Positions 1 to 8,344 of a stretch of DNA of 32,000 nucleotides are shown here, one piece after another. The position numbers and the translations under genes were made by a program. Below the pieces are notes generated by a model. That model saw nothing but the letters and a program-made list of their open reading frames with translations. It made no database searches and was not told the DNA's origin. The DNA is taken from NCBI RefSeq assembly GCF_000039765.1, contig NC_004459.3:1920001-1952000 (forward strand). Direction: 5' to 3'. Every line of letters begins with the position of its first letter. Position 1 is the first letter of the stretch. The stretch is from Vibrio vulnificus CMCP6 (lineage in GTDB: Bacteria; Pseudomonadota; Gammaproteobacteria; Enterobacterales; Vibrionaceae).

Positions 1-2
1 GT

Positions 3-281
3 GATCTCGATCAGCTAATTTCTCAGGAATTAGAAAAAAACGAAATAAATGCTGAAGAATTGGTGCGTTTGGTCGATAACAGGGAACAGTTATTGCAAAA
101 CCTTCTGCAACTGCTGGTGGATAACCCACAGTTAAAGCATGAGGAAGAGTGGCAATTGATGCTCACTCGGACAAAAGCATTATTTGAACGAATGCAATCT
201 CAGACCAGTTTAGTTGGCCTTCAACTACAAAAATTGAGGCATGGTCAGCGTTCGCTCCAACAATATAAGAAGTTTACGTAA
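3..281 (+). CDS. flaI: Small flagellar protein FlaI-like, 3' part (5' end lies outside the window)
   Basis: Frame 3 is open from the window edge (..DLDQLISQELEKNEINAEELVRLVDNREQLL..) to TAA at 279-281. It is a Q/L-rich helical small protein immediately upstream of fliS, the position of flaI in Vibrio polar flagellar loci. The identification rests on position and composition only. Confidence 0.5.
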   Translation, partial: DLDQLISQELEKNEINAEELVRLVDNREQLLQNLLQLLVDNPQLKHEEEWQLMLTRTKALFERMQSQTSLVGLQLQKLRHGQRSLQQYKKFT

Positions 282-293
282 AAGAGGAATACT

Positions 294-704
294 ATGCGCG
301 GTTCATTACAGGCTTATAAAAAAGTGTCAGTGGATAGCCAACTCAGTGCTGCGTCGCCGCATAAAGTCATTCAAATGCTGATGGCAGGGGCGATCGAGCG
401 TCTGATTCAAGGCAAAGCAGCGATGCAAGCGGGTAACATTCCAGTGAAAGGTGAGCGTCTTGGCAAAGCGTTGGACATCATCATTGCACTGCGTAGCTGT
501 CTCTCAATGGATGACGGTGGTGATATTGCACGTAACCTCGATCAGCTTTACGAATTCATGATCACGCAGATCTCAGGGGCAAATCACAAAAATGACCCAC
601 AAATGATCGACGATGTGATCGACATCATCCGTGAGATCAAATCGGCTTGGGACCAAATTCCAAACGAGTACCACAATCTCACGGCTGCGGATATTGGAAT
701 GTAA
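294..704 (+). CDS. fliS: Flagellin-specific export chaperone FliS
   Basis: 136 aa. The N-terminus MRGSLQAYKKVSVDSQLSAASPHKVIQMLMAGAIERL and the size are typical of FliS. GAGGAA lies upstream of the ATG. Confidence 0.9.
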   Translation: MRGSLQAYKKVSVDSQLSAASPHKVIQMLMAGAIERLIQGKAAMQAGNIPVKGERLGKALDIIIALRSCLSMDDGGDIARNLDQLYEFMITQISGANHKNDPQMIDDVIDIIREIKSAWDQIPNEYHNLTAADIGM

Positions 705-781
705 TTCGATATCCATTCTTTCTACCGAGCTCACACCTCCTAATTGCTTGGTTGCCTTATTTTTTTATTCAAATAAAATAG

Positions 782-813
782 AAGCCATTAGTAGCCCTGA
801 TGGCTTTTTTTGT
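782..813 (+). terminator. Rho-independent terminator after fliS
   Basis: AAGCCAT (782-788) pairs with ATGGCTT (800-806) and is followed by a run of T to about 812. Confidence 0.75.
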
Positions 814-935
814 TGCTGATTTTCCTGTTTTGTCTATCGTTAATTGAGTGATCTTTAAACAAATTGATCATTTTGATTTCGCATATCAAGGTTTGGCCGC
901 AACACATCATAAAACAAAGGCAATAATCGGTACTT

Positions 936-2399
936 ATGCAAGGTTTGGCAAAGCTGCTTGTAATAGAAGACGATGAAGCGAATCGTCTTAACTTACGCAA
1001 TATACTGGAATTCGTTGGAGAGAGTTGCGAAGCCCTACGTTCTGATCAGATAGAAAATGCAGATTGGTCAAAGATCTGGTCAGGGGTTATCGTTGGTTTC
1101 GTCGACAATAAGTCCATCACAACTGTGATGGCAAAACTGAACTCCGCCCACCATATCCCTTTACTCGTGTTGGGGGATTTTTCTCATCCTGTAGAACACC
1201 TGCCTAACCTGATTGGTGAGTTGGAATTCCCACTTAACTATCCTCAGCTCAGCGAAGCACTAAGACACTGTAAAGAGTTTTTGGGTCGTAAAGGCGTCAA
1301 TGTTGTTGCCTCGGCACGTAAGAATACCCTCTTCCGCAGTCTTGTCGGTCAAAGCTTAGGTATTCAAGAAGTTCGTCATCTAATCGAACAAGTGGCAGCG
1401 ACCGAAGCGAATGTTTTGATCTTGGGTGAATCGGGGACGGGTAAAGAAGTGGTCGCGCGTAATATCCACTATCATTCCTCACGTCGCAATGGTCCTTTTG
1501 TGCCAATCAATTGCGGCGCGATTCCACCAGATTTACTTGAAAGTGAACTGTTTGGTCACGAAAAAGGGGCTTTTACTGGTGCGTTAACCACGCGCAAAGG
1601 GCGTTTTGAATTAGCTGAAGGTGGCACACTTTTCTTGGATGAAATTGGCGATATGCCAATGGCAATGCAGGTTAAGTTGCTTCGTGTGCTGCAAGAGCGT
1701 TGTTTTGAACGCGTAGGTGGCAACACCACCATTAAAGCCAATGTGCGCATTATTGCGGCAACACATCGCAATTTAGAAACCATGATCGACGATGAAAAGT
1801 TCCGCGAAGATCTTTTCTACCGTCTCAACGTGTTCCCCATTGAGATGCCTGCGCTTAAAGAGCGCAAAGAAGACATTCCTTTGTTACTGCAAGAGCTCAT
1901 GACACGTCTGCAAGCCGAAGGGGGATTACCAATTTGTTTTACCCCTCGTGCGATCAACTCCTTAATGGAGCATGATTGGCCAGGTAATGTGCGTGAATTG
2001 GCGAACTTGGTTGAGCGTATGGTGATCCTCTATCCAAATAGTTTGGTAGACGTGAATCACTTGCCAACCAAATATCGTTACAGTGACATTCCTGAATTCC
2101 AACCAGAGACGTCATCGTTCAATTCGATTGAAGATCAAGAGCGCGACGTGTTGGAAGATATTTTCTCAGAAAGCTTCGATCTAGCGGCGAGAAATAACTT
2201 TGATGACCACTTCGATGCTCCTCAATCTTTGCCGCCTGAAGGGGTCAACTTGAAAGAACTTCTTGCGGATTTGGAAGTGAACATGATCAACCAAGCGTTA
2301 GAAGCACAAGGCGGTGTCGTGGCTCGTGCTGCTGATATGTTGGGAATGCGTCGCACCACATTGGTTGAGAAAATGCGTAAATACAATATGCAACGTTAG
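936..2399 (+). CDS. flrA: Sigma-54-dependent flagellar master regulator FlrA (FleQ/FlaK family)
   Basis: 487 aa. It has a degenerate N-terminal receiver-like domain and an AAA+ core with Walker A GESGTGKE, the GAFTGA motif (EKGAFTGA) and the LFRSLVG and KEVVARN motifs. A C-terminal Fis-type HTH is present ([22 protein letters not shown]). Confidence 0.92.
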   Translation: MQGLAKLLVIEDDEANRLNLRNILEFVGESCEALRSDQIENADWSKIWSGVIVGFVDNKSITTVMAKLNSAHHIPLLVLGDFSHPVEHLPNLIGELEFPLNYPQLSEALRHCKEFLGRKGVNVVASARKNTLFRSLVGQSLGIQEVRHLIEQVAATEANVLILGESGTGKEVVARNIHYHSSRRNGPFVPINCGAIPPDLLESELFGHEKGAFTGALTTRKGRFELAEGGTLFLDEIGDMPMAMQVKLLRVLQERCFERVGGNTTIKANVRIIAATHRNLETMIDDEKFREDLFYRLNVFPIEMPALKERKEDIPLLLQELMTRLQAEGGLPICFTPRAINSLMEHDWPGNVRELANLVERMVILYPNSLVDVNHLPTKYRYSDIPEFQPETSSFNSIEDQERDVLEDIFSESFDLAARNNFDDHFDAPQSLPPEGVNLKELLADLEVNMINQALEAQGGVVARAADMLGMRRTTLVEKMRKYNMQR

Positions 2400-2463
2400 A
2401 AAACCATTTCAGCGTCAACTTATTGTCAATCACCTAACGCATTGATAATAAACGAAAATAGCC

Positions 2464-2479
2464 TGGCATGCATTTTGCG
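2464..2479 (+). promoter_or_regulatory. Sigma-54 (-24/-12) promoter for flrBC
   Basis: TGGCATGCATTTTGCG has GG at 2465-2466 and GC at 2477-2478, the exact consensus spacing of TGGCAC-N5-TTGC. It lies 43 nt upstream of the flrB ATG. Confidence 0.8.
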
Positions 2480-2521
2480 TGTTAGGCTATTCTAGTATTT
2501 GAGGCGAGATTTCGACAGCGC

Positions 2522-3556
2522 ATGGATAATTTAACCAATCAATCCCACTTAGACTCGGTAGAAAGTCAGGTAGAACGTTACAAGCAAGTGCTTGATGTGA
2601 TGCCAGCGGGAGTGATTTTGCTTGATACTCAAGGGGTGGTGCGAGAAGCCAATCCAGAAGCGCATCGAATTCTAGAAGTGCCCTTGGTGAACGAGCGCTG
2701 GTTTTCGGTGATCCAAGCAGCGTTCGATCCGCGCGAAGATGATGGTCATGAAGTGTCCCTGCGTAATGGTCGAAAAGTCCGCCTAGCCATTTCGGCTTCT
2801 GCGACAGGTCAACTCATTTTGATCACTGACCTAACCGAAACACGCTTGTTGCAATCTCGTGTGAGTGATTTACAGCGGTTATCTTCGTTAGGACGCATGG
2901 TCGCGTCTTTGGCGCATCAAGTTCGAACCCCGCTCTCTAGTGCGATGCTTTACGCCTCAAACCTTTCTGCTCCTAACCTGCCTAATACAACGCGAGAGCG
3001 TTTTCAATCAAAGCTGATGGATCGCTTGCAGGATTTGGAAAAACAGGTCAACGATATGTTGTTGTTTGCCAAAGGCGGCGACAACAAAGTCATTAAACCT
3101 TTCACCATCGCTCAACTGGTCAGTGAGTTTCAGCCCATGGTTGAGACCGCATTGAAAAGCAATCACATTGATTACGGCCAAGAGGTGGAAGAGGAGCAAA
3201 CAGTCATTTTAGGTAATGCCAATGCCATCGCTTCTGCATTGAGTAACTTAGTGATGAACGCCATTCAAATTGCGGGGAAAGAAGCTCAGATCGATGTGTT
3301 TTTCCGCCCAGTCAATGGTGAGTTGCGTATTTCAGTGCAAGACAGTGGCCCTGGAGTGCCGAAAGAGCTGCAAAACAAAATCATGGAACCTTTTTTTACC
3401 ACTCGTTCTCAAGGAACGGGTTTAGGTTTGGCCGTGGTACAAATGGTCTGTCGTGCTCATGAGGGCCGACTAGAATTATTATCAGAAGAAGGGGATGGTG
3501 CTTGCTTCACCATGTGTATCCCTTTGGAAAGAACTCAATCTGCAGATGCAGAATGA
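2522..3556 (+). CDS. flrB: Flagellar two-component sensor histidine kinase FlrB (PAS-HisKA-HATPase)
   Basis: 344 aa. It has the H-box SLAHQVRTPLSS, the N-box NLVMNAIQ, and the G-boxes DSGPGVP and GTGLGLAVV. Confidence 0.9.
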   Translation: MDNLTNQSHLDSVESQVERYKQVLDVMPAGVILLDTQGVVREANPEAHRILEVPLVNERWFSVIQAAFDPREDDGHEVSLRNGRKVRLAISASATGQLILITDLTETRLLQSRVSDLQRLSSLGRMVASLAHQVRTPLSSAMLYASNLSAPNLPNTTRERFQSKLMDRLQDLEKQVNDMLLFAKGGDNKVIKPFTIAQLVSEFQPMVETALKSNHIDYGQEVEEEQTVILGNANAIASALSNLVMNAIQIAGKEAQIDVFFRPVNGELRISVQDSGPGVPKELQNKIMEPFFTTRSQGTGLGLAVVQMVCRAHEGRLELLSEEGDGACFTMCIPLERTQSADAE

Positions 3557-3582
3557 GCGCGTAACAACACTGGAGAATCAAG

Positions 3583-4998
3583 ATGGCTCAAAGCAAAGTG
3601 TTAATCGTAGAAGACGATGAAGGTCTGCGCGAAGCGCTAGTCGACACATTGGCATTAGCAGGTTATGAATGGCTAGAAGCGGATTGCGCAGAAGATGCTT
3701 TGGTCAAGCTGAAAGCCAATCCGGTCGATATTGTCGTTTCTGATGTACAAATGGCGGGCATGGGTGGCTTAGCACTGCTGCGTAGCATCAAACAAAATTG
3801 GCCAAATTTACCCGTGTTGCTGATGACAGCGTACGCCAACATCGAAGACGCCGTGTCGGCGATGAAGGAAGGAGCGATTGACTACATGGCTAAGCCTTTT
3901 GCGCCAGAAGTCTTGCTCAATATGGTCAGCCGCTACGCACCTGTCAAATCTGAAGACAATGGCGATGCCGTTGTTGCGGACGAAAAAAGCTTACGCTTAT
4001 TGGCATTGGCGGACAAAGTCGCTCGTACCGATGCCAACGTTATGGTTCTTGGGCCTAGTGGCTCGGGCAAAGAAGTGCTATCACGCTACATTCACAATGC
4101 CTCGCCGCGCAAAGATGGCCCTTTCATTGCCATTAACTGTGCTGCTATTCCCGACAATATGTTGGAAGCAACCCTATTTGGCTACGAGAAAGGTGCGTTT
4201 ACCGGGGCGGTTCAAGCTTGTCCGGGGAAATTTGAACAAGCCCAAGGTGGCACCATTTTGCTCGATGAAATCAGCGAAATGGATTTGAACCTTCAAGCCA
4301 AACTGCTGCGTGTTTTGCAAGAGCGTGAAGTGGAACGCTTAGGTAGTCGCAAAAGCATTAAGCTTGATGTTCGTGTACTGGCCACCAGTAACCGCGATCT
4401 CAAACAGTATGTCTCAGCGGGCAACTTCCGGGAAGATTTGTACTACCGCCTGAACGTTTTCCCAATCACTTGGCCTGCGTTGTGTGACCGTCAAGGAGAC
4501 ATAACACCGCTGGCGAAGCATTTAGCAGAGCGCCATTGTACCAAGCAAGGCATCCCAGTGCCGCGTTTCTCACCAAGTGCGTTGGAGAAGCTGTTGCAAT
4601 ACCCATGGCCGGGTAATGTGCGTGAGCTGGATAACGTAGTGCAGCGTGCGCTGATCCTCAGTGAAAATGGCGACATCTCCCACGAGCATATCTTGCTTGA
4701 AGGGGTGGATTGGCAAGATGCCGACAGCTTGCAGCATGTGGTGCAGCAACAAGAGCACATTGCGCCAGAAATCAAACCGATCGCTCAGGCTGAGCCTGAA
4801 GGCATGATTCGCGGTCTGTCTGTGGGTGACAGCTTAGGCAGTGAGCTGCGCGATCAAGAGTATGCCATTATCTTGGAAACACTGATTGAATGTCAGGGGC
4901 GCCGCAAAGAAATGGCGGATAAGCTGGGGATTAGCCCCAGAACTTTACGCTATAAGCTAGCCAAAATGCGCGATGCTGGTATCGAGATCCCGGGATAG
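3583..4998 (+). CDS. flrC: Sigma-54-dependent response regulator FlrC (NtrC family)
   Basis: 471 aa. The receiver domain has LIVEDDE and DIVVSDVQMAGMGG. The AAA+ core has GPSGSGKE and [10 protein letters not shown]-terminal HTH is present (MADKLGISPRTLRYKL). Confidence 0.92.
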   Translation: MAQSKVLIVEDDEGLREALVDTLALAGYEWLEADCAEDALVKLKANPVDIVVSDVQMAGMGGLALLRSIKQNWPNLPVLLMTAYANIEDAVSAMKEGAIDYMAKPFAPEVLLNMVSRYAPVKSEDNGDAVVADEKSLRLLALADKVARTDANVMVLGPSGSGKEVLSRYIHNASPRKDGPFIAINCAAIPDNMLEATLFGYEKGAFTGAVQACPGKFEQAQGGTILLDEISEMDLNLQAKLLRVLQEREVERLGSRKSIKLDVRVLATSNRDLKQYVSAGNFREDLYYRLNVFPITWPALCDRQGDITPLAKHLAERHCTKQGIPVPRFSPSALEKLLQYPWPGNVRELDNVVQRALILSENGDISHEHILLEGVDWQDADSLQHVVQQQEHIAPEIKPIAQAEPEGMIRGLSVGDSLGSELRDQEYAIILETLIECQGRRKEMADKLGISPRTLRYKLAKMRDAGIEIPG

Positions 4999-5059
4999 GA
5001 TTTGAAATCTTGGTCAGATTGCCTGACTCAGGTAAACTGGCCAGCCATAACGGGCAATA

Positions 5060-5075
5060 TGGCATGCTAATTGCT
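5060..5075 (+). promoter_or_regulatory. Sigma-54 (-24/-12) promoter for the fliE operon
   Basis: TGGCATGCTAATTGCT has GG at 5061-5062 and GC at 5073-5074, the exact consensus spacing. It lies 53 nt upstream of the ATG at 5128. Confidence 0.8.
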
Positions 5076-5127
5076 GTGTCAATATTACAGCAAAATAGTT
5101 AGTCAAACTTTTGGCTTAGAGGTAACG

Positions 5128-5439
5128 ATGAGAATTGATGGATTTAACGGTGAAATGCGCGCCATGATGCTTGAAGCAAGCAACACGACCGCACCGGCGA
5201 CGGGCGCGAAAGTCAGTGCCGATTTTAGCACTTTGCTAAATCAGGCCATCAATAACGTTAACTCACTGCAAAAGAGCTCAAGCGATTTGCAAACCCGCTT
5301 TGATCGCGGTGACGCGGATGTTTCTCTTTCCGATGTCATGATTGCGAGAAACAAATCCAGCGTCGCATTTGAAGCCACGGTACAGGTTAGAAATAAACTG
5401 GTCGAGGCATACAAAGACCTTATGAACATGCCAGTCTAA
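5128..5439 (+). CDS. fliE: Flagellar hook-basal body protein FliE
   Basis: 103 aa from ATG 5128, preceded by AGAGGTAACG. The ORF-track start at TTG 5071 falls inside the sigma-54 promoter and is rejected. The C-terminus (VMIARNKSSVAFEATVQVRNKLVEAYKDLMNM) is typical of FliE. Confidence 0.88.
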   Translation: MRIDGFNGEMRAMMLEASNTTAPATGAKVSADFSTLLNQAINNVNSLQKSSSDLQTRFDRGDADVSLSDVMIARNKSSVAFEATVQVRNKLVEAYKDLMNMPV

Positions 5440-5454
5440 TGTGGGTAGTAAACT

Positions 5455-7200
5455 GTGGCTGAAGAAAATAAATCAACCGATCTAGCACTGACTGATGATG
5501 GTTCCAGTAAAGCGTTAACCATGCATTCTGATATGGATATGGACAGTCAGAATCCAGATTTAGACGAGCGTAGCTCTTCTAAGTTTGATATGGCCGTGGG
5601 TGATTTAGATTTATTACGTCAGGTCGTGTTAGTCCTCTCGATTTCCATCTGTGTCGCTTTGATTGTGATGTTGTTTTTCTGGGTTAAAGAGCCAGAAATG
5701 CGACCATTGGGTGTGTTTGAAACCGAAGAACTGATTCCCGTACTGGATCATTTAGACCAGCAAAAAATCAACTACAAGTTAGATGGCAACACCATTCTGG
5801 TCGAGACCAGCGAGTTCAATTCCATCAAATTGGACATGGTACGCTCTGGCCTGAATCAAAGTACCCAAGCAGGAGATGATATCTTGCTGCAAGATATGGG
5901 ATTTGGGGTTTCACAGCGTCTTGAACAAGAGCGTCTGAAACTGAGTCGAGAGCGCCAACTGGGTAAGGCGATCGAAGAGATGAAGCAAGTGCGCAAAGCC
6001 AAAGTGCTTCTCGCGTTGCCAAAACAGAGTGTGTTTGTGCGCCACAACCAAGAAGCGTCCGCCTCTGTGTTCTTGACCTTAAATACCGGCTCCAACCTCA
6101 AGCAGCAAGAAGTCGATTCGATTGTCGACATGGTAGCCAGTGCCGTGCCAGGGATGAAAACCTCGCGTGTGACCGTCACGGATCAACATGGCCGTTTGCT
6201 CAATTCTGGCTCTCAAGATCCCGTTTCAGCCGCTCGCCGTAAAGAGCAAGAGTTGGAGCGTAATCAAGAACAAGCGCTGCGTGAAAAAATCGACTCCGTT
6301 TTGATCCCTATCTTAGGCTTCGGTAACTATACCGCCCAAGTGGATATCGAAATGGACTTCAGTGCGGTCGAGCAAACGCGTAAGCAGTTTGATCCGAATA
6401 CGCCTGCGACACGAAGCGAATACGCACTTGAAGATTACAACAATGGCAACATGGTGGCCGGAGTGCCCGGTGCCCTGAGTAATCAGCCACCTGCCGATGC
6501 GTCGATTCCTCAAGATGTTGCACAAATGAAAGATGGCTCGGTGCTCGGTCAAGGATCGGTACGTAAAGAATCGACACGTAACTTTGAATTGGACACCACC
6601 ATCAGTCATGAGCGTAAGCAAATGGGTGTGATTAACCGTCAAACCGTCGCGGTCGCCATTAAAGATCGCGCCACCATCAATCCTGATACAGGTGATGTGA
6701 CGTATACACCTCGCAGCGAGGCGGAAATTAACGCGATTCGCCAAGTGCTTGTCGGTACCGTCGGCTTTAGTGAAAATCGCGGTGACTTGCTCAACGTATT
6801 AAGTATGCCATTTGCCGAGCCAGAGCAGGAGCAATTGGCGGATGTGCCTATTTGGGAACATCCTAACTTCAACGATTGGATTCGTTGGTTTGCCAGTGCC
6901 TTAGTCATTATTGTGGTGATCTTAGTTTTGATCCGCCCTGCTATGAAGAAACTGCTCAACCCAGCGGGTGATGACGATGACGAAATGTATGGACCAGATG
7001 GCTTACCGATTGGTGCCGATGGTGAAACCAGCCTAATCGGTAGCGATATTGATGCAGGTGAGCTGTTTGAGTTTGGCTCTAGTATCGATCTCCCTAACCT
7101 ACACAAGGACGAAGATGTGCTGAAAGCGGTTCGTGCCCTCGTGGCAAATGAACCTGAACTGGCAGCACAAGTGGTCAAGAATTGGATGATAAATGGCTAA
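5455..7200 (+). CDS. fliF: Flagellar MS-ring protein FliF
   Basis: 581 aa with a GTG start. It has two transmembrane segments (VLVLSISICVALIVMLFFW and WFASALVIIVVILVLI) flanking a large periplasmic domain. Its end overlaps the fliG start by 8 nt. Confidence 0.92.
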   Translation: MAEENKSTDLALTDDGSSKALTMHSDMDMDSQNPDLDERSSSKFDMAVGDLDLLRQVVLVLSISICVALIVMLFFWVKEPEMRPLGVFETEELIPVLDHLDQQKINYKLDGNTILVETSEFNSIKLDMVRSGLNQSTQAGDDILLQDMGFGVSQRLEQERLKLSRERQLGKAIEEMKQVRKAKVLLALPKQSVFVRHNQEASASVFLTLNTGSNLKQQEVDSIVDMVASAVPGMKTSRVTVTDQHGRLLNSGSQDPVSAARRKEQELERNQEQALREKIDSVLIPILGFGNYTAQVDIEMDFSAVEQTRKQFDPNTPATRSEYALEDYNNGNMVAGVPGALSNQPPADASIPQDVAQMKDGSVLGQGSVRKESTRNFELDTTISHERKQMGVINRQTVAVAIKDRATINPDTGDVTYTPRSEAEINAIRQVLVGTVGFSENRGDLLNVLSMPFAEPEQEQLADVPIWEHPNFNDWIRWFASALVIIVVILVLIRPAMKKLLNPAGDDDDEMYGPDGLPIGADGETSLIGSDIDAGELFEFGSSIDLPNLHKDEDVLKAVRALVANEPELAAQVVKNWMING

Positions 7201-8248
7201 CGAAATTGTAAACGGGAACGAAGACGGCTCGATGGATACACCAGAAGTTGATATCAGTTCGATATCAGGTGAAGAAAAAGCAGCAATTTTGCTGCTGAGT
7301 TTAAACGAACAAGACGCCGCCGGCATTATCCGCCACTTAGAGCCAAAACAGGTTCAGCGTGTGGGTAGTGCGATGGCGCGCGCCAAAGACCTCAGCCAAG
7401 ACAAAGTTTCGGCAGTGCACCGTGCTTTCTTGGAAGACATTCAGAAGTACACCAACATCGGTATGGGCAGTGAAGACTTCATGCGTAATACCTTGATCGC
7501 GGCACTGGGTGCTGATAAAGCCAATAACTTGGTGGATCAGATTCTGTTGGGTACGGGTTCGAAAGGTCTCGATTCGTTGAAATGGATGGACCCACGACAA
7601 GTGGCGAGCATCATTGTTAACGAACACCCACAAATTCAGACGATCGTACTGTCCTACTTGGAAGCCGATCAGTCAGCCGAGATCATCGCGCAATTCCCAG
7701 AGCGTGTACGTCTTGACTTGATGATGCGTATTGCCAACCTTGAGGAAGTTCAACCTTCAGCACTGGCTGAGTTGAACGAAATCATGGAGAAACAGTTTGC
7801 CGGCCAAGCGGGCGCGCAAGCAGCGAAAATTGGCGGCCTGAAGGCCGCTGCAGAGATCATGAACTACCTCGACAACAACGTCGAAGGTTTGTTGATGGAG
7901 CAGATTCGCGACCAAGACGAAGATCTGGCGACGCAAATCCAAGATCTCATGTTCGTATTCGAGAACCTTATCGAAGTGGACGATCAAGGTATCCAGAAAT
8001 TGCTGCGTGACGTCCCACAAGACGTACTACAGAAAGCCCTTAAAGGTGCCGATGATGGTCTTCGTGAGAAGATCTTCAAGAACATGTCGAAACGTGCGGC
8101 TGAGATGATGAAAGACGACATCGAAGCAATGCCACCAGTGCGTGTTGCCGATGTGGAAGCGGCGCAGAAAGAAATTCTCGCCATTGCTCGTCGTTTGGCC
8201 GACAGCGGAGAAATCATGCTGTCCGGTGGCGCAGACGAATTCTTGTAA
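7193..8248 (+). CDS. fliG: Flagellar motor switch protein FliG
   Basis: 351 aa. Conserved segments include GEEKAAILLLSL, MFVFENL and the C-terminal torque-helix region (EAAQKEILAIARRLADSGEI). Confidence 0.95.
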   Translation: MANEIVNGNEDGSMDTPEVDISSISGEEKAAILLLSLNEQDAAGIIRHLEPKQVQRVGSAMARAKDLSQDKVSAVHRAFLEDIQKYTNIGMGSEDFMRNTLIAALGADKANNLVDQILLGTGSKGLDSLKWMDPRQVASIIVNEHPQIQTIVLSYLEADQSAEIIAQFPERVRLDLMMRIANLEEVQPSALAELNEIMEKQFAGQAGAQAAKIGGLKAAAEIMNYLDNNVEGLLMEQIRDQDEDLATQIQDLMFVFENLIEVDDQGIQKLLRDVPQDVLQKALKGADDGLREKIFKNMSKRAAEMMKDDIEAMPPVRVADVEAAQKEILAIARRLADSGEIMLSGGADEFL

Positions 8249-8256
8249 TTACAGAC

Positions 8257-8283
8257 AAGCCCCGAGTTGGGGCTTTGTTTCCT
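8257..8283 (+). terminator. Terminator-like or attenuator hairpin inside the fliE-J operon (fliG-fliH spacer)
   Basis: AAGCCCC (8257-8263) pairs with GGGGCTT (8269-8275) around a 5-nt loop, followed by TGTTTCCTT. Its function is inferred only. Confidence 0.4.
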
Positions 8284-8344
8284 TAAGAACAATGAAAACT
8301 CAATCACTGAGTTTTACATGTGACCATTCAGAGGTAACCGATCC

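Noticed and set aside
5071-5127. The ORF-track N-terminal extension of fliE (TTG 5071).
   Set aside because: The proposed start codon lies inside the sigma-54 -12 element, upstream of the likely transcription start. ATG 5128 has a good Shine-Dalgarno sequence and gives a FliE-sized protein.
6639-7178. Long antisense ORFs. Examples are 6639-7178 (179 aa), 10156-10638 (160 aa), 16005-16490 (161 aa), 17508-17933 (141 aa), 22464-22871 (135 aa) and 26362-26799 (145 aa), all on the - strand.
   Set aside because: Each lies wholly opposite a confidently identified flagellar or chemotaxis gene. Their translations are low-complexity (rich in S, R, A, T and C) with no recognisable motifs, no plausible RBS and no intergenic context. 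These are typical shadow ORFs.
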